Assembly: GCA_964057225.1 (NCBI GenBank)
Contig: OZ059896.1
Span: forward strand, 22,072,001 to 22,136,000
Reading direction: 5' to 3'
Length of the DNA stretch: 64,000 nucleotides
Source: Auanema rhodensis
Taxonomy: Eukaryota; Animalia; Nematoda
The position numbers were made by a program, and so were the translations under genes. Positions 40,501-54,500 of the stretch are shown piece by piece. The notes below the pieces were generated by a model. It saw only the letters and a list, made by a program, of their open reading frames with translations. It was not told the DNA's origin and ran no database searches. Within the stretch, counting starts at the first letter, position 1; each line of letters starts with the position of its first letter.

Positions 40501-43500
40501 GTCCATCGTTTTTGCCTTGAAAAAAGAAATCTAAAAACATCTACTTTTTGCTAAATTATTTTGAAATTTTTCGAAAAAATTTTTGTCAAAATGTTTTTGG
40601 AAGCAATGTTGAGTGTACATGGAAACTCAACATACACTAATGCATCATTTTTCAAACGATCATAACTAATTTTTGTATTAAGCGTTTCTCAATGTAGTAT
40701 AGTGCATTCGATGCGGATTTTTAAGCTGCGTCGATCTGTGTTATCAGATTTGCGCTAGCTTAAAAATGCACCGAGATATCAACTGATATAAGTTCACACT
40801 TATATCCTCGATTTTCACCCTGAAGAATTAATTTTTTCGTAGAATAACATTGTCCATCGTCTTTGCCTTGAAAAAAGGAATCTAAAAACATCTACTTTTT
40901 GCTAAATTATTTTGAAATTTTTCGAAAAAATTTTTGTCAAAATGTTTTTGGAAGCAATGTTGAGTGTACATGGAAACTCAACATACACTAATGCATCATT
41001 TTTCAAACGATCATAACTAATTTTTGTATTAAGCGTTTCTCAATGTAGTATAGTGCATTCGATGCGGATTTTTAAGCTGCGTCGATCTGTGTTATCAGAT
41101 TTGCGCTAGCTTAAAAATGCACCGATATATCAACTGATATAAGTTCACACTTATATCCTCGATTTTCACCCTGAAGAATTGATTTTTTCGTTGAATAACA
41201 TTGTCCATCGTTTTTGCCTTGAAAAAAGAAATCTAAAAACATCTACTTTTTGCTAAATTATTTTGAAATTTTTCGAAAAAATTTTTGTCAAAATGTTTTT
41301 GGAAGCAATGTTGAGTGTACATGGAAACTCAACATACACTAATGCATCATTTTTCAAACGATCATAACTAATTTTTGTATTAAGCGTTTCTCAATGTAGT
41401 ATAGTGCATTCGATGCGGATTTTTAAGCTGCGTCGATCTGTGTTATCAGATTTGCGCTAGCTTAAAAATGCACCGAGATATCAACTGATATAAGTTCACA
41501 CTTATATCCTCGATTTTCACCCTGAAGAATTAATTTTTTCGTAGAATAACATTGTCCATCGTCTTTGCCTTGAAAAAAGGAATCTAAAAACATCTACTTT
41601 TTGCTAAATTATTTTGAAATTTTTCGAAAAAATTTTTGTCAAAATGTTTTTGGAAGCAATGTTGAGTGTACATGGAAACTCAACATACACTAATGCATCA
41701 TTTTCCAAACGATCATAACTAATTTTTGTATTAAGCGTTTCTCAATGTAGTATAGTGCATTCGATGCGGATTTTTAAGCTGCGTCGATCTGTGTTATCAG
41801 ATTTGCGCTAGCTTAAAAATGCACCGATATATCAACTGATATAAGTTCACACTTATATCCTCGATTTTCACCCTGAAGAATTGATTTTTTCGTTGAATAA
41901 CATTGTCCATCGTTTTTGCCTTGAAAAAAGAAATCTAAAAACATCTACTTTTTGCTAAATTATTTTGAAATTTTTCGAAAAAATTTTTGTCAAAATGTTT
42001 TTGGAAGCAATGTTGAGTGTACATGGAAACTCAACATACACTAATGCATCATTTTTCAAACGATCATAACTAATTTTTGTATTAAGCGTTTCTCAATGTA
42101 GTATAGTGCATTCGATGCGGATTTTTAAGCTGCGTCGATCTGTGTTATCAGATTTGCGCTAGCTTAAAAATGCACCGAGATATCAACTGATATAAGTTCA
42201 CACTTATATCCTCGATTTTCACCCTGAAGAATTAATTTTTTCGTAGAATAACATTGTCCATCGTCTTTGCCTTGAAAAAAGGAATCTAAAAACATCTACT
42301 TTTTGCTAAATTATTTTGAAATTTTTCGAAAAAATTTTTGTCAAAATGTTTTTGGAAGCAATGTTGAGTGTACATGGAAACTCAACATACACTAATGCAT
42401 CATTTTCCAAACGATCATAACTAATTTTTGTATTAAGCGTTTCTCAATGTAGTATAGTGCATTCGATGCGGATTTTTAAGCTGCGTCGATCTGTGTTATC
42501 AGATTTGCGCTAGCTTAAAAATGCACCGATATATCAACTGATATAAGTTCACACTTATATCCTCGATTTTCACCCTGAAGAATTGATTTTTTCGTTGAAT
42601 AACATTGTCCATCGTTTTTGCCTTGAAAAAAGAAATCTAAAAACATCTACTTTTTGCTAAATTATTTTGAAATTTTTCGAAAAAATTTTTGTCAAAATGT
42701 TTTTGGAAGCAATGTTGAGTGTACATGGAAACTCAACATACACTAATGCATCATTTTTCAAACGATCATAACTAATTTTTGTATTAAGCGTTTCTCAATG
42801 TAGTATAGTGCATTCGATGCGGATTTTTAAGCTGCGTCGATCTGTGTTATCAGATTTGCGCTAGCTTAAAAATGCACCGAGATATCAACTGATATAAGTT
42901 CACACTTATATCCTCGATTTTCACCCTGAAGAATTAATTTTTTCGTAGAATAACATTGTCCATCGTCTTTGCCTTGAAAAAAGGAATCTAAAAACATCTA
43001 CTTTTTGCTAAATTATTTTGAAATTTTTCGAAAAAATTTTTGTCAAAATGTTTTTGGAAGCAATGTTGAGTGTACATGGAAACTCAACATACACTAATGC
43101 ATCATTTTTCAAACGATCATAACTAATTTTTGTATTAAGCGTTTCTCAATGTAGTATAGTGCATTCGATGCGGATTTTTAAGCTGCGTCGATCTGTGTTA
43201 TCAGATTTGCGCTAGCTTAAAAATGCACCGATATATCAACTGATATAAGTTCACACTTATATCCTCGATTTTCACCCTGAAGAATTGATTTTTTCGTTGA
43301 ATAACATTGTCCATCGTTTTTGCCTTGAAAAAAGAAATCTAAAAACATCTACTTTTTGCTAAATTATTTTGAAATTTTTCGAAAAAATTTTTGTCAAAAT
43401 GTTTTTGGAAGCAATGTTGAGTGTACATGGAAACTCAACATACACTAATGCATCATTTTTCAAACGATCATAACTAATTTTTGTATTAAGCGTTTCTCAA

Positions 43501-45585
43501 TGTAGTATAGTGCATTCGATGCGGATTTTTAAGCTGCGTCGATCTGTGTTATCAGATTTGCGCTAGCTTAAAAATGCACCGAGATATCAACTGATATAAG
43601 TTCACACTTATATCCTCGATTTTCACCCTGAAGAATTAATTTTTTCGTAGAATAACATTGTCCATCGTCTTTGCCTTGAAAAAAGGAATCTAAAAACATC
43701 TACTTTTTGCTAAATTATTTTGAAATTTTTCGAAAAAATTTTTGTCAAAATGTTTTTGGAAGCAATGTTGAGTGTACATGGAAACTCAACATACACTAAT
43801 GCATCATTTTCCAAACGATCATAACTAATTTTTGTATTAAGCGTTTCTCAATGTAGTATAGTGCATTCGATGCGGATTTTTAAGCTGCGTCGATCTGTGT
43901 TATCAGATTTGCGCTAGCTTAAAAATGCACCGATATATCAACTGATATAAGTTCACACTTATATCCTCGATTTTCACCCTGAAGAATTGATTTTTTCGTT
44001 GAATAACATTGTCCATCGTTTTTGCCTTGAAAAAAGAAATCTAAAAACATCTACTTTTTGCTAAATTATTTTGAAATTTTTCGAAAAAATTTTTGTCAAA
44101 ATGTTTTTGGAAGCAATGTTGAGTGTACATGGAAACTCAACATACACTAATGCATCATTTTTCAAACGATCATAACTAATTTTTGTATTAAGCGTTTCTC
44201 AATGTAGTATAGTGCATTCGATGCGGATTTTTAAGCTGCGTCGATCTGTGTTATCAGATTTGCGCTAGCTTAAAAATGCACCGAGATATCAACTGATATA
44301 AGTTCACACTTATATCCTCGATTTTCACCCTGAAGAATTGATTTTTTCGTTGAATAACATTGTCCATCGTTTTTGCCTTGAAAAAAGAAATCTAAAAACA
44401 TCTACTTTTTGCTAAATTATTTCGAAATTTTTCGGAAAAATTTTTGTCAAAATGTTTTTGGAAGCAATGTTGATTGTACATGGAAACTCAACATACACTA
44501 ATGCATCATTTTTCAAACGATCATAACTAATTTTTGTATTAAGCGTTTCTCAATGTAGTATAGTGCATTCGATGCGGATTTTTAAGCTGCGTCGATCTGT
44601 GTTATCAGATTTGCGCTAGCTTAAAAATGCACCGAGATATCAACTGATATAAGTTCACACTTATATCCTCGATTTTCACCCTGAAGAATTAATTTTTTCG
44701 TAGAATAACATTGTCCATCGTCTTTGCCTTGAAAAAAGGAATCTAAAAACATCTACTTTTTGCTAAATTATTTTGAAATTTTTCGAAAAAATTTTTGTCA
44801 AAATGTTTTTGGAAGCAATGTTGAGTGTACATGGAAACTCAACATACACTAATGCATCATTTTCCAAACGATCATAACTAATTTTTGTATTAAGCGTTTC
44901 TCAATGTAGTATAGTGCATTCGATGCGGATTTTTAAGCTGCGTCGATCTGTGTTATCAGATTTGCGCTAGCTTAAAAATGCACCGATATATCAACTGATA
45001 TAAGTTCACACTTATATCCTCGATTTTCACCCTGAAGAATTGATTTTTTCGTTGAATAACATTGTCCATCGTTTTTGCCTTGAAAAAAGAAATCTAAAAA
45101 CATCTACTTTTTGCTAAATTATTTTGAAATTTTTCGAAAAAATTTTTGTCAAAATGTTTTTGGAAGCAATGTTGAGTGTACATGGAAACTCAACATACAC
45201 TAATGCATCATTTTTCAAACGATCATAACTAATTTTTGTATTAAGCGTTTCTCAATGTAGTATAGTGCATTCGATGCGGATTTTTAAGCTGCGTCGATCT
45301 GTGTTATCAGATTTGCGCTAGCTTAAAAATGCACCGAGATATCAACTGATATAAGTTCACACTTATATCCTCGATTTTCACCCTGAAGAATTGATTTTTT
45401 CGTTGAATAACATTGTCCATCGTTTTTGCCTTGAAAAAAGAAATCTAAAAACATCTACTTTTTGCTAAATTATTTCGAAATTTTTCGGAAAAATTTTTGT
45501 CAAAATGTTTTTGGAAGCAATGTTGATTGTACATGGAAACTCAACATACACTAATGCATCATTTTTCAAACGATCATAACTAATT
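37513..45585. repeat. 702-bp A/B dimer higher-order domain (M108-M130)
   Basis: Type A monomers alternate with 104T type B monomers. A 242C/254G/293T monomer interrupts at 39619, 44182 and 45235. Confidence 0.88.
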
Positions 45586-48500
45586 TTTGTATTAAGCGTT
45601 TCTCAATGTAGTATAGTGCATTCGATGCGGATTTTTAAGCTGCGTCGATCTGTGTTATCAGATTTGCGCTAGCTTAAAAATGCACCGAGATATCAACTGA
45701 TATAAGTTCACACTTATATCCTCGATTTTCACCCTGAAGAATTAATTTTTTCGTAGAATAACATTGTCCATCGTCTTTGCCTTGAAAAAAGGAATCTAAA
45801 AACATCTACTTTTCGCTAAATTATTTTGAAATTTTTCGAAAAAATTTTTGTCAAAATGTTTTTGGAAGCAATGTTGAGTGTACATGGAAACTCAACATAC
45901 ACTAATGCATCATTTTCCAAACGATCATAACTAATTTTTGTATTAAGCGTTTCTCAATGTAGTATAGTGCATTCGATGCGGATTTTTAAGCTGCGTCGAT
46001 CTGTGTTATCAGATTTGCGCTAGCTTAAAAATGCACCGATATATCAACTGATATAAGTTCACACTTATATCCTCGATTTTCACCCTGAAGAATTAATTTT
46101 TTCGTAGAATAACATTGTCCATCGTCTTTGCCTTGAAAAAAGGAATCTAAAAACATCTACTTTTTGCTAAATTATCTTGAAATTTTTCGAAAAAATTTTT
46201 GTCAAAATGTTTTTGGAAGCAATGTTGAGTGTACATGGAAACTCAACATACACTAATGCATCATTTTTCAAACGATCATAACTAATTTTTGTATTAAGCG
46301 TTTCTCAATGTAGTATAGTGCATTCGATGCGGATTTTTAAGCTGCGTCGATCTGTGTTATCAGATTTGCGCTAGCTTAAAAATGCACCGAGATATCAACT
46401 GATATAAATTCACACTTATATCATCGATTTTCACCCTGAAGAATTAATTTTTTCGTTGAATAACATTGTCCATCGTCTTTGCCTTAAAAAAAGGAATCTA
46501 AAAACATCTACTTTTTGCTAAATTATTTTGAAATTTTTCGAAAAAATTTTTGTCAAAATGTTTTTGGAAGCAATGTTGAGTGTACATGGAAACTCAACAT
46601 ACACTAATGCATCATTTTTCAAACGATCATAACTAATTTTTGTATTAAGCGTTTCTCAATGTAGTATAGTGCATTCGATGCGGATTTTTAAGCTGCGTCG
46701 ATCTGTGTTATCAGATTTGCGCTAGCTTAAAAATGCACCGATATATCAACTGATATAAGTTCACACTTATATCCTCGATTTTCACCCTGAAGAATTAATT
46801 TTTTCGTAGAATAACATTGTCCATCGTCTTTGCCTTGAAAAAAGGAATCTAAAAACATCTACTTTTTGCTAAATTATTTTGAAATTTTTCGAAAAAATTT
46901 TTGTCAAAATGTTTTTGGAAGCAATGTTGAGTGTACATGGAAACTCAACATACACTAATGCATCATTTTTCAAACGATCATAACTAATTTTTGTATTAAG
47001 CGTTTCTCAATGTAGTATAGTGCATTCGATGTGGATTTTTAAGATGCGTCGATCTGTGTTATCAGATTTGCGCTAGCTTAAAAATGCACCGAGATATCAA
47101 CTGATATAAGTTCACACTTATATCCTCGATTTTCACCCTGAAGAATTAATTTTTTCGTAGAATAACATTGTCCATCGTCTTTGCCTTAAAAAAAGGAATC
47201 TAAAAACATCTACTTTTTGCTAAATTATTTTGAAATTTTTCGAAAAAATTTTTGTCAAAATGTTTTTGGAAGCAATGTTGAGTGTACATGGAAACTCAAC
47301 ATACACTAATGCATCATTTTTCAAACGATCATAACTAATTTTTGTATTAAGCGTTTCTCAATGTAGTATAGTGCATTCGATGCGGATTTTTAAGCTGCGT
47401 CGATCTGTGTTATCAGATTTGCGCTAGCTTAAAAATGCACCGAGATATCAACTGATATAAGTTCACACTTATATCCTCGATTTTCACCCTGAAGAATTAA
47501 TTTTTTCGTAGAATAACATTGTCCATCGTCTTTGCCTTGAAAAAAGGAATCTAAAAACATCTACTTTTTGCTAAATTATTTTGAAATTTTTCGAAAAAAT
47601 TTTTGTCAAAATGTTTTTGGAAGCAATGTGGAGTGTACATGGAAACTCAACATACACTAATGCATCATTTTCCGAACGATCATAACTAATTTTTGTATTA
47701 AGCGTTTCTCAATGTAGTATAGTGCATTCGATGCGGATTTTTAAGCTGCGTCGATCTGTGTTATCAGATTTGCGCTAGCTTAAAAATGCACCGATATATC
47801 AACTGATATAAGTTCACACTTATATCCTCGATTTTCACCCTGAAGAATTAATTTTTTCGTAGAATAACATTGTCCATCGTCTTTGCCTTGAAAAAAGGAA
47901 TCTAAAAACATCTACTTTTTGCTAAATTATTTTGAAATTTTTCGAAAAAATTTTTGTCAAAATGTTTTTGGAAGCAATGTTGAGTGTACATGGAAACTCA
48001 ACATACACTAATGCATCATTTTTCAAACGATCATAACTAATTTTTGTATTAAGCGTTTTTCAATGTAGTATAGTGCATTCGATGCGGATTTTTAAGCTGC
48101 GTCGATCTGTGTTATCAGATTTGCGCTAGCTTAAAAATGCACCGATATATCAACTGATATAAGTTCACACTTATATCCTCGATTTTCACCCTGAAGAATT
48201 AATTTTTTCGTAAAATAACATTGTCCATCGTCTTTGCCTTGAAAAAAGGAATCTAAAAACATCTACTTTTTGCTAAATTATTTTGAAATTTTTCGAAAAA
48301 ATTTTTGTCAAAATGTTTTTGGAAGCAATGTTGAGTGTACATGGAAACTCAACATACACTAATGCATCATTTTTCAAACGATCATAACTAATTTTTGTAT
48401 TAAGCGTTTCTCAATGTAGTATAGTGCATTCGATGTGGATTTTTAAGATGCGTCGATCTGTGTTATCAGATTTGCGCTAGCTTAAAAATGCACCGAGATA

Positions 48501-51500
48501 TCAACTGATATAAGTTCACACTTATATCCTCGATTTTCACCCTGAAGAATTAATTTTTTCGTAGAATAACATTGTCCATCGTCTTTGCCTTAAAAAAAGG
48601 AATCTAAAAACATCTACTTTTTTCTAAATTATTTTGAAATTTTTCGAAAAAATTTTTGTCAAAATGTTTTTGGAAGCAATGTTGAGTGTACATGGAAACT
48701 CAACATACACTAATGCATCATTTTTCAAACGATCATAACTAATTTTTGTATTAAGCGTTTCTCAATGTAGTATAGTGCATTCGATGCGGATTTTTAAGCT
48801 GCGTCGATCTGTGTTATCAGATTTGCGCTAGCTTAAAAATGCACCGAGATATCAACTGATATAAGTTCACACTTATATCCTCGATTTTCACCCTGAAGAA
48901 TTAATTTTTTCGTAGAATAACATTGTCCATCGTCTTTGCCTTGAAAAAAGGAATCTAAAAACATCTACTTTTTGCTAAATTATTTTGAAATTTTTCGAAA
49001 AAATTTTTGTCAAAATGTTTTTGGAAGCAATGTGGAGTGTACATGGAAACTCAACATACACTAATGCATCATTTTCCGAACGATCATAACTAATTTTTGT
49101 ATTAAGCGTTTCTCAATGTAGTATAGTGCATTCGATGCGGATTTTTAAGCTGCGTCGATCTGTGTTATCAGATTTGCGCTAGCTTAAAAATGCACCGATA
49201 TATCAACTGATATAAGTTCACACTTATATCCTCGATTTTCACCCTGAAGAATTAATTTTTTCGTAGAATAACATTGTCCATCGTCTTTGCCTTGAAAAAA
49301 GGAATCTAAAAACATCTACTTTTTGCTAAATTATTTTGAAATTTTTCGAAAAAATTTTTGTCAAAATGTTTTTGGAAGCAATGTTGAGTGTACATGGAAA
49401 CTCAACATACACTAATGCATCATTTTTCAAACGATCATAACTAATTTTTGTATTAAGCGTTTCTCAATGTAGTATAGTGCATTCGATGCGGATTTTTAAG
49501 CTGCGTCGATCTGTGTTATCAGATTTGCGCTAGCTTAAAAATGCACCGAGATATCAACTGATTTAAGTTCACACTTATATCATCGATTTTCACCCTGAAG
49601 AATTAATTTTTTCGTTGAATAACATTGTCCATCGTCTTTGCCTTAAAAAAAGGAATCTGAAAACATCTACTTTTTGCTAAATTAATTTGAAATTTTTCGA
49701 AAAAATTTTTGTCAAAATGTTTTTGGAAGCAATGTTGAGTGTACATGGAAACTCAACATACACTAATGCATCATTTTTCAAACGATCATAACTAATTTTT
49801 GTATTAAGCGTTTCTCAATGTAGTATAGTGCATTCGATGCGGATTTTTAAGCAGCGTCGATCTGTGTTATCAGATTTGCGCTAGCTTAAAAATGCACCGA
49901 GATATCAACTGATATAAGTTCACACTTATATCATCGATTTTCACCCTGAAGAATTAATTTTTTCGTTGAATAACATTGTCCATCGTCTTTGCCTTAAAAA
50001 AAGGAATCTAAAAACATCTACTTTTTGCTAAATTATTTTGAAATTTTTCGAAAAAATTTTTGTCAAAATGTTTTTGGAAGCAATGTTGAGTGTACATGGA
50101 AACTCAACATACACTAATGCATCATTTTTCAAACGATCATAACTAATTTTTGTATTAAGCGTTTCTCAATGTAGTATAGTGCATTCGATGCGGATTTTTA
50201 AGCTGCGTCGATCTGTGTTATCAGATTTGCGCTAGCTTAAAAATGCACCGAGATATCAACTGATATAAGTTCACACTTATATCATCGATTTTCACCCTGA
50301 AGAATTAATTTTTTCGTTGAATAACATTGTCCATCGTCTTTGCCTTAAAAAAAGGAATCTAAAAACATCTACTTTTTGCTAAATTATTTTGAAATTTTTC
50401 GAAAAAATTTTTGTCAAAATGTTTTTGGAAGCAATGTTGAGTGTACATGGAAACTCAACATACACTAATGCATCATTTTTCAAACGATCATAACTAATTT
50501 TTGTATTAAGCGTTTCTCAATGTAGTATAGTGCATTCGATGCGGATTTTTAAGCTGCGTCGATCTGTGTTATCAGATTTGCGCTAGCTTAAAAATGCACC
50601 GAGATATCAACTGATATAAGTTCACACTTATATCATCGATTTTCACCCTGAAGAATTAATTTTTTCGTTGAATAACATTGTCCATCGTCTTTGCCTTAAA
50701 AAAAGGAATCTAAAAACATCTACTTTTTGCTAAATTATTTTGAAATTTTTCGAAAAAATTTTTGTCAAAATGTTTTTGGAAGCAATGTTGAGTGTACATG
50801 GAAACTCAACATACACTAATGCATCATTTTTCAAACGATCATAACTAATTTTTGTATTAAGCGTTTCTCAATGTAGTATAGTGCATTCGATGCGGATTTT
50901 TAAGCTGCGTCGATCTGTGTTATCAGATTTGCGCTAGCTTAAAAATGCACCGAGATATCAACTGATATAAGTTCACACTTATATCATCGATTTTCACCCT
51001 GAAGAATTAATTTTTTCGTTGAATAACATTGTCCATCGTCTTTGCCTTAAAAAAAGGAATCTAAAAACATCTACTTTTTGCTAAATTATTTTGAAATTTT
51101 TCGAAAAAATTTTTGTCAAAATGTTTTTGGAAGCAATGTTGAGTGTACATGGAAACTCAACATACACTAATGCATCATTTTTCAAACGATCATAACTAAT
51201 TTTTGTATTAAGCGTTTCTCAATGTAGTATAGTGCATTCGATGCGGATTTTTAAGCTGCGTCGATCTGTGTTATCAGATTTGCGCTAGCTTAAAAATGCA
51301 CCGAGATATCAACTGATATAAGTTCACACTTATATCCTCGATTTTCACCCTGAAGAATTAATTTTTTCGTAGAATAACATTGTCCATCGTCTTTGCCTTG
51401 AAAAAAGGAATCTAAAAACATCTACTTTTTGCTAAATTATTTTGAAATTTTTCGAAAAAATTTTTGTCAAAATGTTTTTGGAAGCAATGTTGAGTGTACA

Positions 51501-54500
51501 TGGAAACTCAACATACACTAATGCATCATTTTCCAAACGATCATAACTAATTTTTGTATTAAGCGTTTCTCAATGTAGTATAGTGCATTCGATGCGGATT
51601 TTTAAGCTGCGTCGATCTGTGTTATCAGATTTGCGCTAGCTTAAAAATGCACCGATATATCAACTGATATAAGTTCACACTTATATCCTCGATTTTCACC
51701 CTGAAGAATTAATTTTTTCGTAGAATAACATTGTCCATCGTCTTTGCCTTGAAAAAAGGAATCTAAAAACATCTACTTTTTGCTAAATTATTTTGAAATT
51801 TTTCGAAAAAATTTTTGTCAAAATGTTTTTGGAAGCAATGTTGAGTGTACATGGAAACTCAACATACACTAATGCATCATTTTTCAAACGATCATAACTA
51901 ATTTTTGTATTAAGCGTTTCTCAATGTAGTATAGTGCATTCGATGCGGATTTTTAAGCTGCGTCGATCTGTGTTATCAGATTTGCGCTAGCTTAAAAATG
52001 CACCGAGATATCAACTGATATAAGTTCACACTTATATCATCGATTTTCACCCTGAAGAATTAATTTTTTCGTTGAATAACATTGTCCATCGTCTTTGCCT
52101 TAAAAAAAGGAATCTAAAAACATCTACTTTTTGCTAAATTAATTTGAAATTTTTCGAAAAAATTTTTGTCAAAATGTTTTTGGAAGCAATGTTGAGTGTA
52201 CATGGAAACTCAACATACACTAATGCATCATTTTTCAAACGATCATAACTAATTTTTGTATTAAGCGTTTCTCAATGTAGTATAGTGCATTCGATGCGGA
52301 TTTTTAAGCTGCGTCGATCTGTGTTATCAGATTTGCGCTAGCTTAAAAATGCACCGATATATCAACTGATATAAGTTCACACTTATATCCTCGATTTTCA
52401 CCCTGAAGAATTAATTTTTTCGTAGAATAACATTGTCCATCGTCTTTGCCTTGAAAAAAGGAATCTAAAAACATCTACTTTTTGCTAAATTATTTTGAAA
52501 TTTTTCGAAAAAATTTTTGTCAAAATGTTTTTGGAAGCAATGTTGAGTGTACATGGAAACTCAACATACACTAATGCATCATTTTTCAAACGATCATAAC
52601 TAATTTTTGTATTAAGCGTTTCTCAATGTAGTATAGTGCATTCGATGTGGATTTTTAAGATGCGTCGATCTGTGTTATCAGATTTGCGCTAGCTTAAAAA
52701 TGCACCGAGATATCAACTGATATAAGTTCACACTTATATCCTCGATTTTCACCCTGAAGAATTAATTTTTTCGTAGAATAACATTGTCCATCGTCTTTGC
52801 CTTAAAAAAAGGAATCTAAAAACATCTACTTTTTGCTAAATTATTTTGAAATTTTTCGAAAAAATTTTTGTCAAAATGTTTTTGGAAGCAATGTTGAGTG
52901 TACATGGAAACTCAACATACACTAATGCATCATTTTTCAAACGATCATAACTAATTTTTGTATTAAGCGTTTCTCAATGTAGTATAGTGCATTCGATGCG
53001 GATTTTTAAGCTGCGTCGATCTGTGTTATCAGATTTGCGCTAGCTTAAAAATGCACCGAGATATCAACTGATATAAGTTCACACTTATATCCTCGATTTT
53101 CACCCTGAAGAATTAATTTTTTCGTAGAATAACATTGTCCATCGTCTTTGCCTTGAAAAAAGGAATCTAAAAACATCTACTTTTTGCTAAATTATTTTGA
53201 AATTTTTCGAAAAAATTTTTGTCAAAATGTTTTTGGAAGCAATGTGGAGTGTACATGGAAACTCAACATACACTAATGCATCATTTTCCGAACGATCATA
53301 ACTAATTTTTGTATTAAGCGTTTCTCAATGTAGTATAGTGCATTCGATGCGGATTTTTAAGCTGCGTCGATCTGTGTTATCAGATTTGCGCTAGCTTAAA
53401 AATGCACCGATATATCAACTGATATAAGTTCACACTTATATCCTCGATTTTCACCCTGAAGAATTAATTTTTTCGTAGAATAACATTGTCCATCGTCTTT
53501 GCCTTGAAAAAAGGAATCTAAAAACATCTACTTTTTGCTAAATTATTTTGAAATTTTTCGAAAAAATTTTTGTCAAAATGTTTTTGGAAGCAATGTTGAG
53601 TGTACATGGAAACTCAACATACACTAATGCATCATTTTTCAAACGATCATAACTAATTTTTGTATTAAGCGTTTCTCAATGTAGTATAGTGCATTCGATG
53701 CGGATTTTTAAGCTGCGTCGATCTGTGTTATCAGATTTGCGCTAGCTTAAAAATGCACCGAGATATCAACTGATTTAAGTTCACACTTATATCATCGATT
53801 TTCACCCTGAAGAATTAATTTTTTCGTTGAATAACATTGTCCATCGTCTTTGCCTTAAAAAAAGGAATCTAAAAACATCTACTTTTTGCTAAATTAATTT
53901 GAAATTTTTCGAAAAAATTTTTGTCAAAATGTTTTTGGAAGCAATGTTGAGTGTACATGGAAACTCAACATACACTAATGCATCATTTTTCAAACGATCA
54001 TAACTAATTTTTGTATTAAGCGTTTCTCAATGTAGTATAGTGCATTCGATGCGGATTTTTAAGCTGCGTCGATCTGTGTTATCAGATTTGCGCTAGCTTA
54101 AAAATGCACCGAGATATCAACTGATATAAGTTCACACTTATATCATCGATTTTCACCCTGAAGAATTAATTTTTTCGTTGAATAACATTGTCCATCGTCT
54201 TTGCCTTAAAAAAAGGAATCTAAAAACATCTACTTTTTGCTAAATTATTTTGAAATTTTTCGAAAAAATTTTTGTCAAAATGTTTTTGGAAGCAATGTTG
54301 AGTGTACATGGAAACTCAACATACACTAATGCATCATTTTTCAAACGATCATAACTAATTTTTGTATTAAGCGTTTCTCAATGTAGTATAGTGCATTCGA
54401 TGCGGATTTTTAAGCTGCGTCGATCTGTGTTATCAGATTTGCGCTAGCTTAAAAATGCACCGAGATATCAACTGATTTAAGTTCACACTTATATCATCGA

